The position numbers and the translations under genes were made by a program. Below the pieces are notes generated by a model. It saw nothing but the letters and a program-made list of their open reading frames with translations. It had not been told where the DNA came from and ran no database searches. Below are positions 1 to 13,350 of a DNA stretch of 64,000 bases, one piece after another. The stretch is from assembly GCA_951406725.2 (NCBI GenBank), contig OX597825.1:9300001-9364000 (forward strand), written 5' to 3'. Origin of the DNA: Octopus vulgaris (Eukaryota). Position 1 is the stretch's first letter; each line of letters begins with the position of its first letter.

Positions 1-149
1 AAATAGAGTAGCTTATTTATTCCCTTTTATTTATAAACACCTGGTGCATGGACGGCAAAACTAATAAATGCCAAAACTATAGATCATTAACGTGTTATAT
101 CCATTTATAATTTACTAATATGAATCATCATTAAATATAAGTATTTTCT

Positions 150-466
150 CTTGATGGCTGAACAATTTACCCTCCATATTCACCAGATATTGCTCTTTCG
201 AATTTCCATTAATTCAGGTCTCTGCAGAACAGTCTTAATAGTAAAATTTTCAATTCCTTGGATGACGTAAAAGATAACTTGATGAACTCTTTGCCATGAA
301 ACCATCTCAATTCTGGGAAGAGGGTATTTTCAAGTTAAAGGAAAGATGGAGACGCATTGTGCAACAAAATGTTTCGTATTTGGTTGATTAAAAATGTAAT
401 GGCAAGTATTTATTGACCTTTTTCTTTCCTTTAAAAATCGGCACGAACTTTCCGGACAACCCGATA
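150..466 (+). mobile_element. Mariner transposon 3' remnant: decayed transposase C-terminus plus right TIR
   Basis: 171-391 translates, with one stop and one frameshift, to PPYSPDIALSNFH*FRSLQNSLNSKIFNSLDDVK/LDELFAMKPSQFWEEGIFKLKERWRRIVQQNVSYLVD*, matching the mariner YSPDLAPSD...RW signature. It is followed by the TIR-like AAAAATCGGCACGAACTTTCCGGACAACCCGATA (433-466) ending in TA. Confidence 0.9.
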
Positions 467-471
467 CAATA

Positions 472-969
472 ACAAAAAGTTTTCTCATAGATATATCAAC
501 CCAAATAGATTGCAACACTTCCTTATAAACGTTTGAAAAGTTATGTAACTGCATTGACATTGGAATAGAGATCTCAAAACTATGGTATCTAAGAACGACA
601 ACTGTACCTATGAATATAGGAACCTTGAGGATAATAGTAAATGACATTCTTAGATAACATGTTCGAATACCAAGGAATTCAGAACTCTCAGAATAACAAG
701 GAATTGTTCTCTTGGGCAATGCCCACATCCTAAGAAAAATATTATCAACCTGAGAATATCTAAATCGTATAAAATTTTTCAAAATCACTAATATTATAAC
801 AAACATTTAATGAAATCTTTACATCTCAGAATGTTGGTCTCCTCTCCCGACAATATATCATTGCTACTCATAAATAACACTCGCAGTAAAAAGTGCAACT
901 TGCTGTCAATTGAAGTCTCTTGATGATACTTTGAGAACTCATAGAAAGCCAAGCATTAACATAAACAAC
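472..969 (+). mobile_element. R4/Dong-like non-LTR retrotransposon 3' remnant (RLE endonuclease C-terminus plus 3' UTR)
   Basis: 472-753 in one frame with stops: FLIDISTQIDCNTSL*TFEKLCNCIDIGIEISKLWYLRTTTVPMNIGTLR...IPRNSELSE*QGIVLLGNAHILRKILST*, matching the R4/Dong C-terminal pattern EKLSKYKDLEIEI..MW...IPVIVGALG...LLGTAHILR. It runs into an (ATT)n tract. Confidence 0.8.
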
Positions 970-973
970 ATTA

Positions 974-1034
<61 letters not shown>

Positions 1035-1052
1035 CATTATTATTATTATTAT
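970..1052. repeat. (ATT)n microsatellite
   Basis: Direct reading. Confidence 0.98.
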
Positions 1053-1154
1053 GTTCTATATTTAAGAGATTTGGAATTATGTACGTTATTACATTATTTA
1101 CATTTGACGGATATTTGTCCTCATCTTCTTTGTTGTTAACACAACGTTTTGGCT
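1053..1154 (-). mobile_element. Possible truncated Penelope-type pseudo-LTR fragment
   Basis: Short unique stretch between ATT/ACT repeats. The minus strand begins AGCCAAAACGTTGT, resembling the stem II-GAAA-palindromic (AACGTT) half of a minimal hammerhead; the CUGANGA half is absent. Confidence 0.3.
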
Positions 1155-1834
1155 ACTAATATTACTACTATTACTTCCTTATTTTGACACAGCGCCATAG
1201 ATATTTTAAGCATTTCCCCCAATCCATTACTGGTAATTTATTTTATGGAGCTTTGAAGGATGGCAGACAACGTTGGCATGACTGGGGTTTGAACATAAAA
1301 TTTGGAGTGTTGTAATCAAATTTTATAAGGCATTTTGGGACGCTCTATTGATCCTACAAATCGCATGTTTTAATATTTTTGTTCTACTTGAAAATAGGGG
1401 TCAAATTTGTTTTGAAGTGAGGTATGTCATTGATACTACTTGAATTAGTTCGTGTCTTGCTCATCATTTTATAAACACCTGGTAGATGAACAGCAAAATT
1501 GAGATCAGAGAGGTGTGAACTCTGAATGTAGAGTTACAGAACATATCGAAAGAATCTGAGAGTGTAAGGAAGTGAGAAGAGTTCATGCTTCACCAATAAA
1601 AGTGTAGCAAACCCCGCTCAGTCTTTTATATTTGTTTCTCTTCATTGACTTCATCCGCACTCAAGTGCTTTATTTTTTTAGAAGTTTTCTCACATAGAGT
1701 AAAGCATGAATAACCTAACAGCTCACTTATTTTTTTCGTTATAATATAATTTAACACAAATTAATTTTCCCTTATTTAAAGACATTGCTTTTATATTCAA
1801 CATATTAATCTCTAACCTTCACGTTAACAAGCAA

Positions 1835-2275
1835 ACATGGCTGCTAGACCTGACAGAAATATCAGTGGTAAATCTTTATGAAATCCTTCTGTATAACTAT
1901 ACTTATAGAAACAAAAGGCGGCGAGCTGGCAGAAACCTTAGCACGCCGGGCGAAAAGCATAGCCGTATTTCGTTTGCCGTTACATTCTGAGATCAAATTC
2001 CGTCGAGGCCGACTTTACCTTTCATCCATTTGGGGTCCATAAAATAAGTACCAGTTACGCACTGTGGTTGATGTAATCGACGTAATCCGTTTGTCTATCC
2101 TTGTTTGTCCCCTCTGTGTTTAGCACCTTGTGGGTAGTAAAGAAATATATACTTATAGAAACAAGAAGGAAACTTTAGATGTAGGTAGACTTATTCTAAT
2201 AAACGGGATGGCAATAACTCGAATGCCTTTGTTCATAGATTTGTTCGATCAGTAGTAATCTAAAGCTAAACAATT
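1835..2275 (+). repeat. Old degenerate interspersed repeat, interrupted by a SINE A insertion
   Basis: The tail GGGATGGCAATAACTCGAATGCCTTTGTTCATAGATTTGTTCGATCAG...GCTAAACAA has diverged relatives near 15280-15365 (+) and 41275-41390 (-). Confidence 0.35.
1915..2147 (+). mobile_element. SINE family A, full monomer with 17-bp TSD
   Basis: tRNA-like head GGCGGCGAGCTGGCAGAAAC..., B-box-like GATCAAATTCC, central CTTTCATCC..GGGGTC.ATAAAATAAGTACCAG block (resembles Meta/MESC-type SINE cores, from memory). TSD TATACTTATAGAAACAA at 1898-1914 and 2148-2164. Confidence 0.93.
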
Positions 2276-2897
2276 GCTTTCTCCATTAGCTATCTTATAT
2301 ATGGCATAGCAAAAGTGGAACAGGGTTGTACAATTGATTGGTAAGATGTTTACCACTTGTTCTACGGCGGTTGTCACGCAATCTTTTATCAGTTATTGCA
2401 TAGAAAATGTTTATTGTTCATTTGATTATCTTCAAGTTGGTATAATGTGGAATGTTTTGCATTTTTACTTCGGTCTTCCATAGATTCATTAACTATTTTT
2501 ATGTATATTTGATGCTCGTTCCAAAACCGATATAACATAATTTCAGAATTATTTTGTTTAATATATATGCATAAAGTACACATAATATCTGCAATGTTTT
2601 AAAATACAAGCGATCAAAAATTTCCAGTGATTACTCTATTCCATAAATATGTAAATAATAACTTAACTTTAACTAACAAAGGCTGCAAACCGATATGTAA
2701 TCTATGAATTCATATAAGATACCGACTAATTCAGTAAAAATTCAATGAGAACATAGATTTTTATTAAATTTATAATTATTGATAGTTGAAATTTTACAAT
2801 ACTGTCTCGCATTATTACAATGACTATTTGTGATCGTGCGTAAGTGAGGTCTTATATACATATATAAATATTCATTATAACATCTGAAATTTAGAAT

Positions 2898-3082
<185 letters not shown>

Positions 3083-3490
3083 GCGACAATATAATTATTC
3101 TCTTAGAATAATAACCCAATTTATATACTCAAATATTCAGTAAACGAAATACAAGTAGACACTGTAGACTAGCTGCCGAATGAAAGATCGAATGCGTTCC
3201 AGGCCAACTAGTTACAGACGAAATAGTTTGTAGCATATTATTGACACATCGCTCTGCTTATGAAAATGACACAGAGGATGAGTCAAATGTATCTCATTGT
3301 AGATAAGTAGCATAAATCATAGCGTTAAAAAATGGTTAGTAGTCCTAATTATGCGAAAGACTAATAAAGTATAATATTGCACGGAACGAATATTGTTAGA
3401 AAATGGCAACTCTTGAATCTAACGCAAGAGATGGTGCAGGCCATATTTAACAAAGAAAAGTTTTAAAATAAACATCTATTAGTTATATAC

Positions 3491-3491
<1 letters not shown>

Positions 3492-3564
<73 letters not shown>

Positions 3565-3570
3565 GTGTGT
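3492..3570. repeat. (TG)n microsatellite
   Basis: Direct reading. Confidence 0.98.
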
Positions 3571-5146
3571 TTCTGTACCAGAGCTGACGTAAATGCGCAA
3601 TCAAGTATATGGATCTCTACATAACACGAGCAATGCAAACGTTTTGTTGGCAGGTGAACTGTTCTCTGGAAAGAGACCAGATTAGTAACTCCTTATTCTT
3701 AAAAAGTGGAACAGCATTGCTGCTGATCACCCCTGCAGGAAACCGGAAACAAGCAGATGTACGAAGGCCAGAACTACCTATGGGGGACAAAGAAAACAGT
3801 ACGAGAAACGGACTTTCTTTCTCCGCCCTCAATTGCACTTTGTCACCGAATTTCTATTTGTCATTGCCATGTTGGTCTGTAGAGCACATCCTGATCTGTC
3901 TACAAGGCAGAAACTAAAAATTCCAACCGAAAATCCATGGTTTTGCAATATGAAGGGATATCTTTTATAATATGCTTATTTATTTATCTCCAAGAATGCA
4001 GAAAGTTATTTAGCAGTTGTGAGTTTAAGCTAAACTGAGTATCGTTCTTGGCCGAGATTACTCAAGTTGAAAGTTCTTCCGGGCGTGACTAATTTGCTTT
4101 AACGAATATGAAGCTCAATATTTCTAGCGTATTTACCGTTTCCAAAAGATAAGATGTAATACTTCAGAAAAGTTTGAAGGACTATTTCTAGCTTCGTTAA
4201 ACAATGAAATAGCTTTCCATACTTTTTGTAAACCATGGATTATATAGTCTGTAACATAGCCATAACATAGTCGCCAGTTTGAATTTAGTGGCTTTGTCTG
4301 CTAATTTAGACTGTCTATATACACCGTTAGAGTTTGCTTCAGCCGATGTATAGAGAAGGTTAGTTTTGACTGAGCAGACATGCAATAAGAAAACTTCCAT
4401 TTGTTACCATTTGGTAGTGTTGTATAACAGGAATTGCATTAGCCATTATATTGTTACGCATTAGAAAATGAAGGAAATGATATTTGAGAAAAAAATAGGC
4501 AGCTATATTTTTTTTAGTAATTTGAGTGATTACTTAGAAGTTCCGTTTTTGTTTCGTGGTTCCTTTATCGCTGTTTGTCGGATTCCTGGGCTGAGATTAA
4601 AAGATTCAACGAAACGATGATAAAAGGGGTTTTTTTCTGGTCATGACATTCTTAACCCTTTCCTAAACACAGTCAACATGCAATCATAACAAATTCTACA
4701 GAAGAATCTTTTCAGTATAATAGAATGCTTACAGTCGCAATCAGAGACACGCAAACACATACTAAAAGGAACTTTCGTTCTCTCTCTCCCACTCTCGCCC
4801 CTCCCTCCGTCTCTATCTTTCTCTCTCTCAGACAATGAGGCTCAAGTAACTCCACTTCGCTGCTTCTCCTGCTTCTCCAACTATTTGTTGGCCTTTTATG
4901 GTTTTTATAATTATTTATGCTATAAAATATTATGTTATGCTATATATATTATATTCATAGTATTTCTTGTAATATTGTAATATAAATAAATTATTGAATC
5001 GTCAATAGAATATCGCTATATTTAATTTATCTTTATAATAGAATTATACCAATATGCATATGGTATTCAACGGAAGTACCAGGGAATTGGATGTTTAACA
5101 CACCCTTCTGAAGGATATCTTTTCCTCAGTTTGTTACTGTATATAG

Positions 5147-5178
<32 letters not shown>

Positions 5179-5277
5179 CTGTGTGTGTGTGTGTGTAAGT
5201 ATGCATGTATGTATGGTTGTATGTATGTATGTTTGTATGTATATATATATAAACTTATATATATATATATATATATG

Positions 5278-5700
5278 CATAGCAGTAACAGGGTGGTGCA
5301 ATATCATGGAATGTAAAAGTTGAAAATATGGGGGGGGCACTAAAAATAACATAACGTAAACATATAAGCGTGTAAATGATAAACATATAAAACATCTTCA
5401 CCTCTGAAGAAGCTATGACAAGGTTTATTACTTATTTAAATTTATGATTTTTGGTTCTAATTCCATGGCTGTTTAGTGAAGTCATTCATAATTTGTGAGT
5501 GAAAAATATTGAGGTTTTTTAACTCTGTTTCTCCAGGAGACTGAATGGGCGTCTCCGCATAAAAAATTCTCGCCTTCATTTTAAATATACACCAGCATCT
5601 AGAAGTTTATTGTGTCTTGGTTTATTATGTCTAAGTATCCTATTATAACAATGTTCGTTCGTATTGCTCACGCTTATAACGTTTTTCTTAAATCATTCAC
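5278..5700 (+). mobile_element. Possible Penelope-type pseudo-LTR remnant with degenerate hammerhead motif
   Basis: Follows a (TA)n tract. CTTCACCT-CTGAAGA-AGCTATG...CATGGCT-GTTT-AGTGAAG (5396-5481) gives stem I and stem II complementarity, but GAAA is missing. Confidence 0.35.
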
Positions 5701-6786
5701 AGCGTTCATTGTTATTATTTACGTTTGGTAACGAGTTAGCAGTAAGATTTAATTTCTTCCTCTTTACACCTGAATTTAATCTATTCTTATTTCAAGGGCT
5801 GGAATGAAAGCCACATAATAAATTGCAATTAAGTATTGTTTAATTAAAGTATGTAGTGTTTGTTTTCTTTCATCACTTCAACGTCTTTTCCACTTCCTTA
5901 CATCTTTTATCTTTTACTGGTTTTATTTAGATCCTGAGGTCATGCTGGGGCACTCTCTCTTTGTTTCGCTGGGCATCTTTTCGGTTTTCTTTCTCGCTGA
6001 AGCGTTTCACTTCTATTTAAAGTTCCATACGCCTTGTCAGCACATAGTCACATAACTTCGACCAGACCGACATCGGGATTTCGAAAACTTCTTCCTTTGA
6101 ATACGAGAGGACTTTGTCTTCCCCCCTAAAAAAAACACAAACATTATACATTTTAATGAATCATTCATGCAACGCTACATCTTTCCTACTCTCGACAAAC
6201 TGAAATCCTAAACCTTTTTTAACAGGCTAACATCGCGAGATTTCAAAACTAAACGTGATGAATATTAAACGTAAACTGTTCTTAAAACGCTTATATATCT
6301 CTTCTCCACACCAATACTTATATCTATCATTGGCATTTTATATAATATTGCCAATATCTTATCCCCAATTCATTGGCGTCCAAACTAGTAAATACTTCAC
6401 TTACATAAGTTTCTAACATTACAAACACAAGCGGGATTCGTATTAGTATACCACACACTATCTCCTGGACCAACCAGTTTCAACTTTCTGTATTTCCTGC
6501 AACTACTCAAAATATCCTTTTCCTTTGATCTAAGGAAGCAACCTGTCGCCATTTAGTCAACCTAAATTTGTCTTACAAACTTCATAATTGCAATAGTCCA
6601 TACCAACCTACTATTTTATATTCCTAAGGATATGCTCCTTAGATTTACATAAAATGTCGGATCTAACCAAGAAAATTGATGGGTATAGTAATAATTGGAC
6701 AACAATATCAACATCATCATCGTTATCACTATCACCATACTAGTGATTTTTTTCTTTATCTTAGCCCTTATACGATATGTACGTAA

Positions 6787-6801
6787 TTATTATTATCATC
6801 A

Positions 6802-6856
<55 letters not shown>

Positions 6857-6884
6857 CATTATTATCATTATTATCATTATTATT
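6787..6884. repeat. (ATT)n/(ATC) microsatellite
   Basis: Direct reading. Confidence 0.97.
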
Positions 6885-7595
6885 CTCGTGATCATAATTC
6901 TTCACTTCACCATTATCAAAGACTTTATCGTAGTCTATATCATGTCTTCCAAATATGGTTTCTATCGTGATTTCCTATAATTCCACTGATTTGTTGACTT
7001 TTTCACTACCATCATTTCGCAATTATCCCCATCATTTTCCTCCCCAGCAATCCTCATCAGTAACAGTAACAAACGCTAGCACCATCATCACCCGCCAGCA
7101 TGGCATCATGGAATCATCGTGGCGGTTGCTGCTGTTCGTGTGGTTTTTGGCCTCTTATTGTTGCATCGCTTGTTCCTTGATAAATGCAATTAAATAATTC
7201 ATGGCTTTCACAATGAAAGTGAAAGTAAAATGAAATGTAAATACGTTTATATGAAAATAAAATAAAATAAGTGAACCGATGCATAATACCAGAGATTACA
7301 TCTCAAAGGACATAATGTAGTTTTTGTTAACCCTGCATTGTATAGATGCTTGAAGAGTACGATAATACAATTTGTTTCATGAATATACAATGTGTGCGTC
7401 TTCAATCAATACTTGCATTCGTTGAATGGTGTGTCATGGAATTTCTATGCCAGCTTCCAAGCATCCAACGTCTATACATAATCAGTTTATTCATGATATG
7501 CCAGGTAACTACATGTTTGATGTTATTGTAGTGGTTGTTGTTGTTGTTGATGTGGTTATTGTTGTTGTTAGTATTATTAAAATTATTATTATTAC

Positions 7596-7626
<31 letters not shown>

Positions 7627-7929
7627 AATAATAATAGTTTTGTTATGATTACTGTTATTACTAGCATTTGTATCTTTGCTTTTCAGTGTTATTCCCAGCA
7701 ATGCTATAAACATATTGATAATATGGGTCGCCGCTAAATGAAACGGGGAAATCAAAAACATCCCAAAAATAACATTGTAGTAGTAGTAGTAGTGGTGGTG
7801 GTGGTGGTGGTCGTGGTGGTGGTCGTGGCAGGAACACCGATAGGTCCTTCAGTAGCAGAACATAAATAATAGATGACAGTAGAATCAACATATAAATGTG
7901 TATAAAAACAAACATGATATTCCATAAAC

Positions 7930-8164
<235 letters not shown>

Positions 8165-9133
8165 AACTAATAAACATAATAAATGACAATGAAAGACAAA
8201 GAAAAGAAAAGGAAGTGAACGAGACAGAATTTAGAACATATTTCCATTTCTATCTGAGAACAAGAAGATTTGATGAATTTCTGCTGAAGTCAGATGTCAG
8301 TGAAATGTCAAATGTCGACCTGGCCCCTTCTTCAATACCCTTCTTTCTCCCATCTGCCATCATGCAGAGAATATTGAATACGACTCTACGATGGTGCGTG
8401 ATGGAGAATATTTTAGAAGTAGTTATATTTAATTTTTGATAAATCGATGAAGCTTAGAGTGAAGTACTACATAGGCCTGAGAGACGAATTAATGATTCAT
8501 AGTTTTTCTGCCGTTGCATACGAGGTTCATGTCAGTACGATGCAGAATGCGATATACGAAATGAATTCTGCGAAGAGGATTTACTGAATGCATTTCCTAA
8601 CTAATAATAACCTTTATTTTTCTGCGTCGTTTCCTTCTATCATTTAATTCTTCTTGCTATTTTCATATCGAAATATAACACAGCAATGTGTCAAAGATTA
8701 TATTTTTGAATATTGAGAATTGTATGCGATGCTATCAGCTTGTTCTTCTTTGTGTTCGTCGTTTGATTTGTTATGAGAAAGTGTGCAGAAACCAACAGGT
8801 GCAGATATAAATTAATATGATAGCATTTTAGGATGGAATAAATATTGTTATAAAATAAAATAGCTCTTTGTTAGGCAGAAACTTGATCTCAAATATGTTG
8901 AGTAACAAAATAAGGCAACCAAAAACTAAATCCAATAGCAACCTTTTAATATTTGAGCTACGCAGATCGATAGCACATCGAACATTAAAAATTTAAACTA
9001 CAAACGAAATTTGTGATTAACGTAGGGTTTAGAATCACTAGATACCCAAAATTGTTTACAAAAATACCGCCATCTTTATAGCGTAGCGCAAGTTCATACA
9101 TCATGTGTAGTGATAATTGATATAATGAAAGAG

Positions 9134-9439
9134 GGTGAAAGCGAATGGCTTAGTATTTAGGGTGTTCGACTATCGATCAAAAGGTCGTGAGTTCAATTCC
9201 CGGCGATGTCTTGTGTCCGCGAGCAAGAAAATTTATTTCACTTTGCTCCAGTCCATTCAGCTGACAAAAATGAATTGTACCTATAATTCAATGGGCCAGG
9301 TTTGTCGCATTCTGTGTCACACTGAATTTCCCTCAGAACTACCATAAATGCACACATGACCTGCACGTTAATTTTACAAGCAGGCCGTTCTGTTGGTCGG
9401 ATCAACTAGAACCCTCGCCGTCGTAACCGACGGAGTGTC
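9134..9439 (+). mobile_element. SINE family C (tRNA head, CORE-like middle) with 10-bp TSD
   Basis: A-box-like TGGCTTAGTATTT, B-box GTTCAATTCC, CORE-like TGTGTCC..GAGCAAGA..ATTTCAC.TTGCTCCAGTCCA.TCAGCTG, tail CGTCGTAACCGACGG. TSD AATGAAAGAG at 9124-9133 and 9440-9449. Homologous to 12592-12917. Confidence 0.9.
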
Positions 9440-9644
9440 AATGAAAGAGTATATTGAATACTCCTATATGGAAAATAATTAACATACACCAATATTCTCG
9501 TCGAGTAATTAGTCACAGACGAAAATAAATTAGTAAAAGAATTTCATCTATTAATAGTCTAAGATTGTTGTTGACCTTAAAATACATGGATGTTCGGCGT
9601 ATTCACGTTCTCCTAATTTGTTTTGCTACTATATATTCAGCAGT

Positions 9645-10151
9645 AGAAGGCGGTGAGCTGGCAGAATTGTTAGCACGCCGGGGGAAACGCTTAGCAGTAT
9701 TTCGGTTGTCGTTACGTTCTGAGTTCAAATTCCGCCGAGGTCGACTGTGCCTTTCATCCTTTCGGGGTCGATTAAATAAGTACCACTTACGCACTGGGGT
9801 CGATGGTCGATGTAATCGCCTTAATCCCTTTGTCAGTACTTGTTTGTCCCCTCTATGTTTAGCTCCTTGTGGGCAGTACAGAAATATATATTCAGTAATC
9901 GACTTAATACCCTTGTCTATCCTTGTTTGTCCCTTCTATGTTTAGCCCCTTGTGGGTAATAAAGTAATAGGTATTTCGTCTGTCGTTGCGTTCTGAGTTC
10001 AAATTCCGCCAAGATAGACTTTGCTTTTCATCCTTTCGGCGTCGATTAAATAAGTACCATTTACGCACTGGGGTCGATGTAATCGTCTTAATCCCTTTGT
10101 CTGTACTTGTTTGTCCCCTCAATGTTTAGCCCCTTGTGGACAGTAAAGAAA
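9645..10151 (+). mobile_element. SINE family A, compound multimer with 15-bp TSD
   Basis: Full monomer, extra 3' tail, then a headless monomer. TSD TATATATTCAGCAGT at 9630-9644 and 10152-10166. Confidence 0.92.
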
Positions 10152-12079
10152 TATATATTCAGCAGTTGGTCAATACTTCCACGTTTTACTCGACAGCCAA
10201 CATTCTATTCAGGAATACATTTCACCGATCTGTCAAATATTGAAAGATTTCTTTCACATTATTACAAGAATCTAAGTATAAAGTTACGAAATTTCAAGTT
10301 TACTCTATTTATGCCAATGTTTTCCCTATCAACATTATCTATTTTCTGTTTAGCTAGTCGGATTTTTGAGAGCTTCTTTTGATTTAAAGCATAGAAACTG
10401 TAGCAACAGTAGTTATGCTTCATTTTACAACAGATATGATACGCATGTAATCAATCATCATTATTTTCTTATTTTCCTAATGCTGTTTGAATAATTGATA
10501 TTGGTTTCATTACAGAAAATATCACATTGAATCGTAGTGTTAAAATTATTATTAATTTTTCATGCCTCACTTAAGCTTTCGTATTGCCATTGATGTTATT
10601 TATGATAAGGGGGGAAAGTTATTCGTTTCATATTGCGAAGTTTGGTTAGCTTTCTATTTCTCTTTATATCATTCATATGAAATTAAAACACTCTTTTGTC
10701 AAATATAAGGAGGAAGCAATTTTAGCGAGAGACATTAGGAATCCATAGGATAAACTTTCATGTATGTTTGTGCATCTGCTAACGTAAACATGAGCACATA
10801 CAGGTATATTTGTCTTCCCATACACTGCTATAAACGCAGCAGAAAAAAGGTAGCATCAAATAAAATTCTGTTTCTTCAAATTGAATTGTATGAAATGAAT
10901 TTTCCATATAGTTTCATAATTCCGATATTTCATTGATCTTCACTTTGGTTTCGTTTGTTTAACTTAAGCCTTCTTAAAATACCGTTTGAAATGTTGTAAT
11001 TTATGGACAATTGATCGAACTCAATAATTCATTTAATTTTTATTATACATCTCGATTTAGTTTTCACAAAGGTTTTATTGCAATAAGTATAAAGGACAAT
11101 GGGAAAATTATATTCAATAATCAAACACATAATTAAATGTTACTGGTTCACATTTTATGGTTCTCAAAAACCAAGAGGAAAAAAATATATATTAATAAAC
11201 TATTGAGAAAAGATTAAATATGTTAAGAAATATTTTCGTATCGTTAGTTGTTCTGTAGAAGGAGGTTACTGCAAATATTTGTATTGGAAATATTAAATTC
11301 TAGGGAGAACCTTTTCTAGGTCACTTAATTACATGATTTCTGGCGAACTGGTAAATATGCCTGCTTCTCTGAATGTCGTATTAAGAGAATCTGTCCATGT
11401 TTATGCGGATACGAAGGGGAAGTGATTAGTGCAATTATAATGTTTGAGGCATAAGATGTTGGAAACTTATAATATCAATATTGAATTTAGCTAGTTCAAA
11501 TGCTGCTGAAGAGAGCGTGAAGAAGAGACAGACAGACAGACAGAAAGAAAGAGAGAAAGAAGTTTCGCCGATACTCATCTCAAGCGAGTAAATATTACAA
11601 TTGAGATGACCAGAGCAATTTCAAGTAAAGTGTTTTATCGAGGTCAGATGATGCAGCTCGGTCTAAGAACTGAATTGATAGTCTTTGATCCCGACCATAA
11701 TACTCAACCCATTAGATTACAGGTAGTGTTAACAGCTTAGAAGTCTTTACTTTGCGACCTCTGATCAATAATCTTTAGTTGTAAAGAGGCTAACAGTGGC
11801 TCATAACTCATTTCCCCAGTGATCGTTGTCATCGATACAATTACATTTTCCAACATTCTGTGTTTCATCATAATTCATTACTTTATTGATTTCTTCACCA
11901 AAATGTTGCACCAATTATACTCCTCCCCAAGGCTTCTGAACTTGATTCTAATTTATACTAACCCTTTGATTCAGATGTACAGGTCTTGTTTTAGAACTAC
12001 CATATCTAAAACTCTCACCTCTGTAGTTGTTTCGTATTGTCCTAAAGTCAGATACACTCAGAGGAGCCATAGTTGAATC

Positions 12080-12231
12080 TGTTTTTGTCATTTTTTCAAG
12101 ACTTATACACGCCCTGATACCGTCGGAATCGACTTATCAAATTTGAGCGCATAGGGATGGAGGATGTCCGAGATCCTTGAAGACACACACACACACAGAC
12201 GGACAGACAGAACGGATTTTATATAATAGAT
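12080..12231 (+). mobile_element. Probable end of a non-autonomous Helitron/Helentron-like element
   Basis: Ends ...ACACAGACGGACAGACAGAACGGATTTTATATAATAGAT, the (GACA)n plus TATATAATAGAT style terminus seen in DINE/HINE-like elements. Confidence 0.4.
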
Positions 12232-12266
12232 ATATGTGTATGTATGTATATATGTATGTATGTATG

Positions 12267-12300
<34 letters not shown>

Positions 12301-12326
12301 TGTATGTATGTATGTATGTATGTATG
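12232..12326. repeat. (TATG)n microsatellite
   Basis: Direct reading. Confidence 0.96.
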
Positions 12327-12467
12327 CATCTATATCGAAAATGGCTGATATTGCGTTTGATTTCTCTGGTGCCGAAAACTAATGAAGAATTGTTGACCTT
12401 CAGTGTTTTCTGTCCGCTTATGTATTTAATATATGTTCGTTTATTTATTTACTACACGTTTTATTTT

Positions 12468-12499
<32 letters not shown>

Positions 12500-12591
12500 G
12501 GTAGGTCATATTTTCCATTAGTATTCCCTTTATTTAATCCAGAAAAAATAATATATATATACAAGTATACATTTACATATATTGTTAAATC

Positions 12592-12917
12592 GTGAAGGTT
12601 TGTGGCTTAGTGGTTAAGGCATTCGGCTCATAATCATAAGGTTATGAGTTCAATTCCCGGTGATGCATTGTGTCCTTGAGCAAGAAACTTTATTTCATGT
12701 TGTTCCAGTCCAAGCAGCTGGCAAAAATGAGTAGTACCTGTAATTCAAACGGGTCCAGCCTTTTCACACTCTGTGTCACGCTAAATCCTCTTGAGAACTG
12801 CGTTAATGGTACACGAGTCTGTGGAATACTCAGCCTATTGCACGTTAAAATGCACCAGCAAGCTGTTCCGTTGATCGGGTCAACTGGGACCATTGTCGTC
12901 GTAACCGTCAGAATGGT
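12592..12917 (+). mobile_element. SINE family C
   Basis: A-box TGGCTTAGTGG, B-box GTTCAATTCC, collinear with 9134-9439. Confidence 0.9.
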
Positions 12918-12939
12918 CTTTTAATATTTATACATACAT

Positions 12940-13350
12940 GGCGCAGGGGTGGCTGTGTGGTAAGTAGCTTGTTTACCAACCACACGGTTCCGGGCTCAGT
13001 CCCACTGCGTGGCACCTTGGGCAAGTGTCTTCTACTATAGCCTCGGGCCGACCAAAGCCTTGTGAGTGGATTTGGTAGACGGAAACTGAAAGAAGCCCGT
13101 CGTATATATGTATATATATATATGTATGCGTGTGTGTGTTTGTGTGTCTGTGTTTGTCCCCCTAGCATTGCTTGATAACCGATGCTGGTGTGTTTATGTC
13201 CCCGTTACTCAGCGGTTCGGCAAAAGAGACCGATAGAATAAGTGCTGGGCTTACAAAAGAATAAGTGCCGGGGTCGATTTGCTCGATTAAAGGCAGTGCT
13301 CCAGCATGGCCGCAGTCAAATGACTGAAACAAGTAAAAGAGTAAAAGAGT
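12940..13350 (+). mobile_element. SINE family B (tRNA head, CORE-like block, internal TA/TG microsatellite, GTAAAAGA tail)
   Basis: TGGCTGTGTGGTAAG A-box, GGCTCAGTCCC B-box-like, ACCTTGGGCAAGTG CORE-like, tail CAGTCAAATGACTGAAACAAGTAAAAGAGTAAAAGAG; many copies in the window. Confidence 0.93.

Noticed and set aside
330-806. 158-aa minus-strand ORF
   Set aside because: Antisense to the mariner and R4/Dong-like remnants on the plus strand.
3609-3917. 102-aa ORF in unique-looking sequence with an acceptor-like TTGGCAG
   Set aside because: No recognisable domain or donor; the 3' part overlaps an old repeat.
6040-6620. Possible Penelope RT relic
   Set aside because: Only vague motif echoes; no ordered set of conserved motifs could be read.
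9645-10151. Repeated units suggestive of a CRISPR-like or satellite array
   Set aside because: The units are SINE monomers with TSDs; no repeat-spacer periodicity, no cas genes, eukaryotic context.
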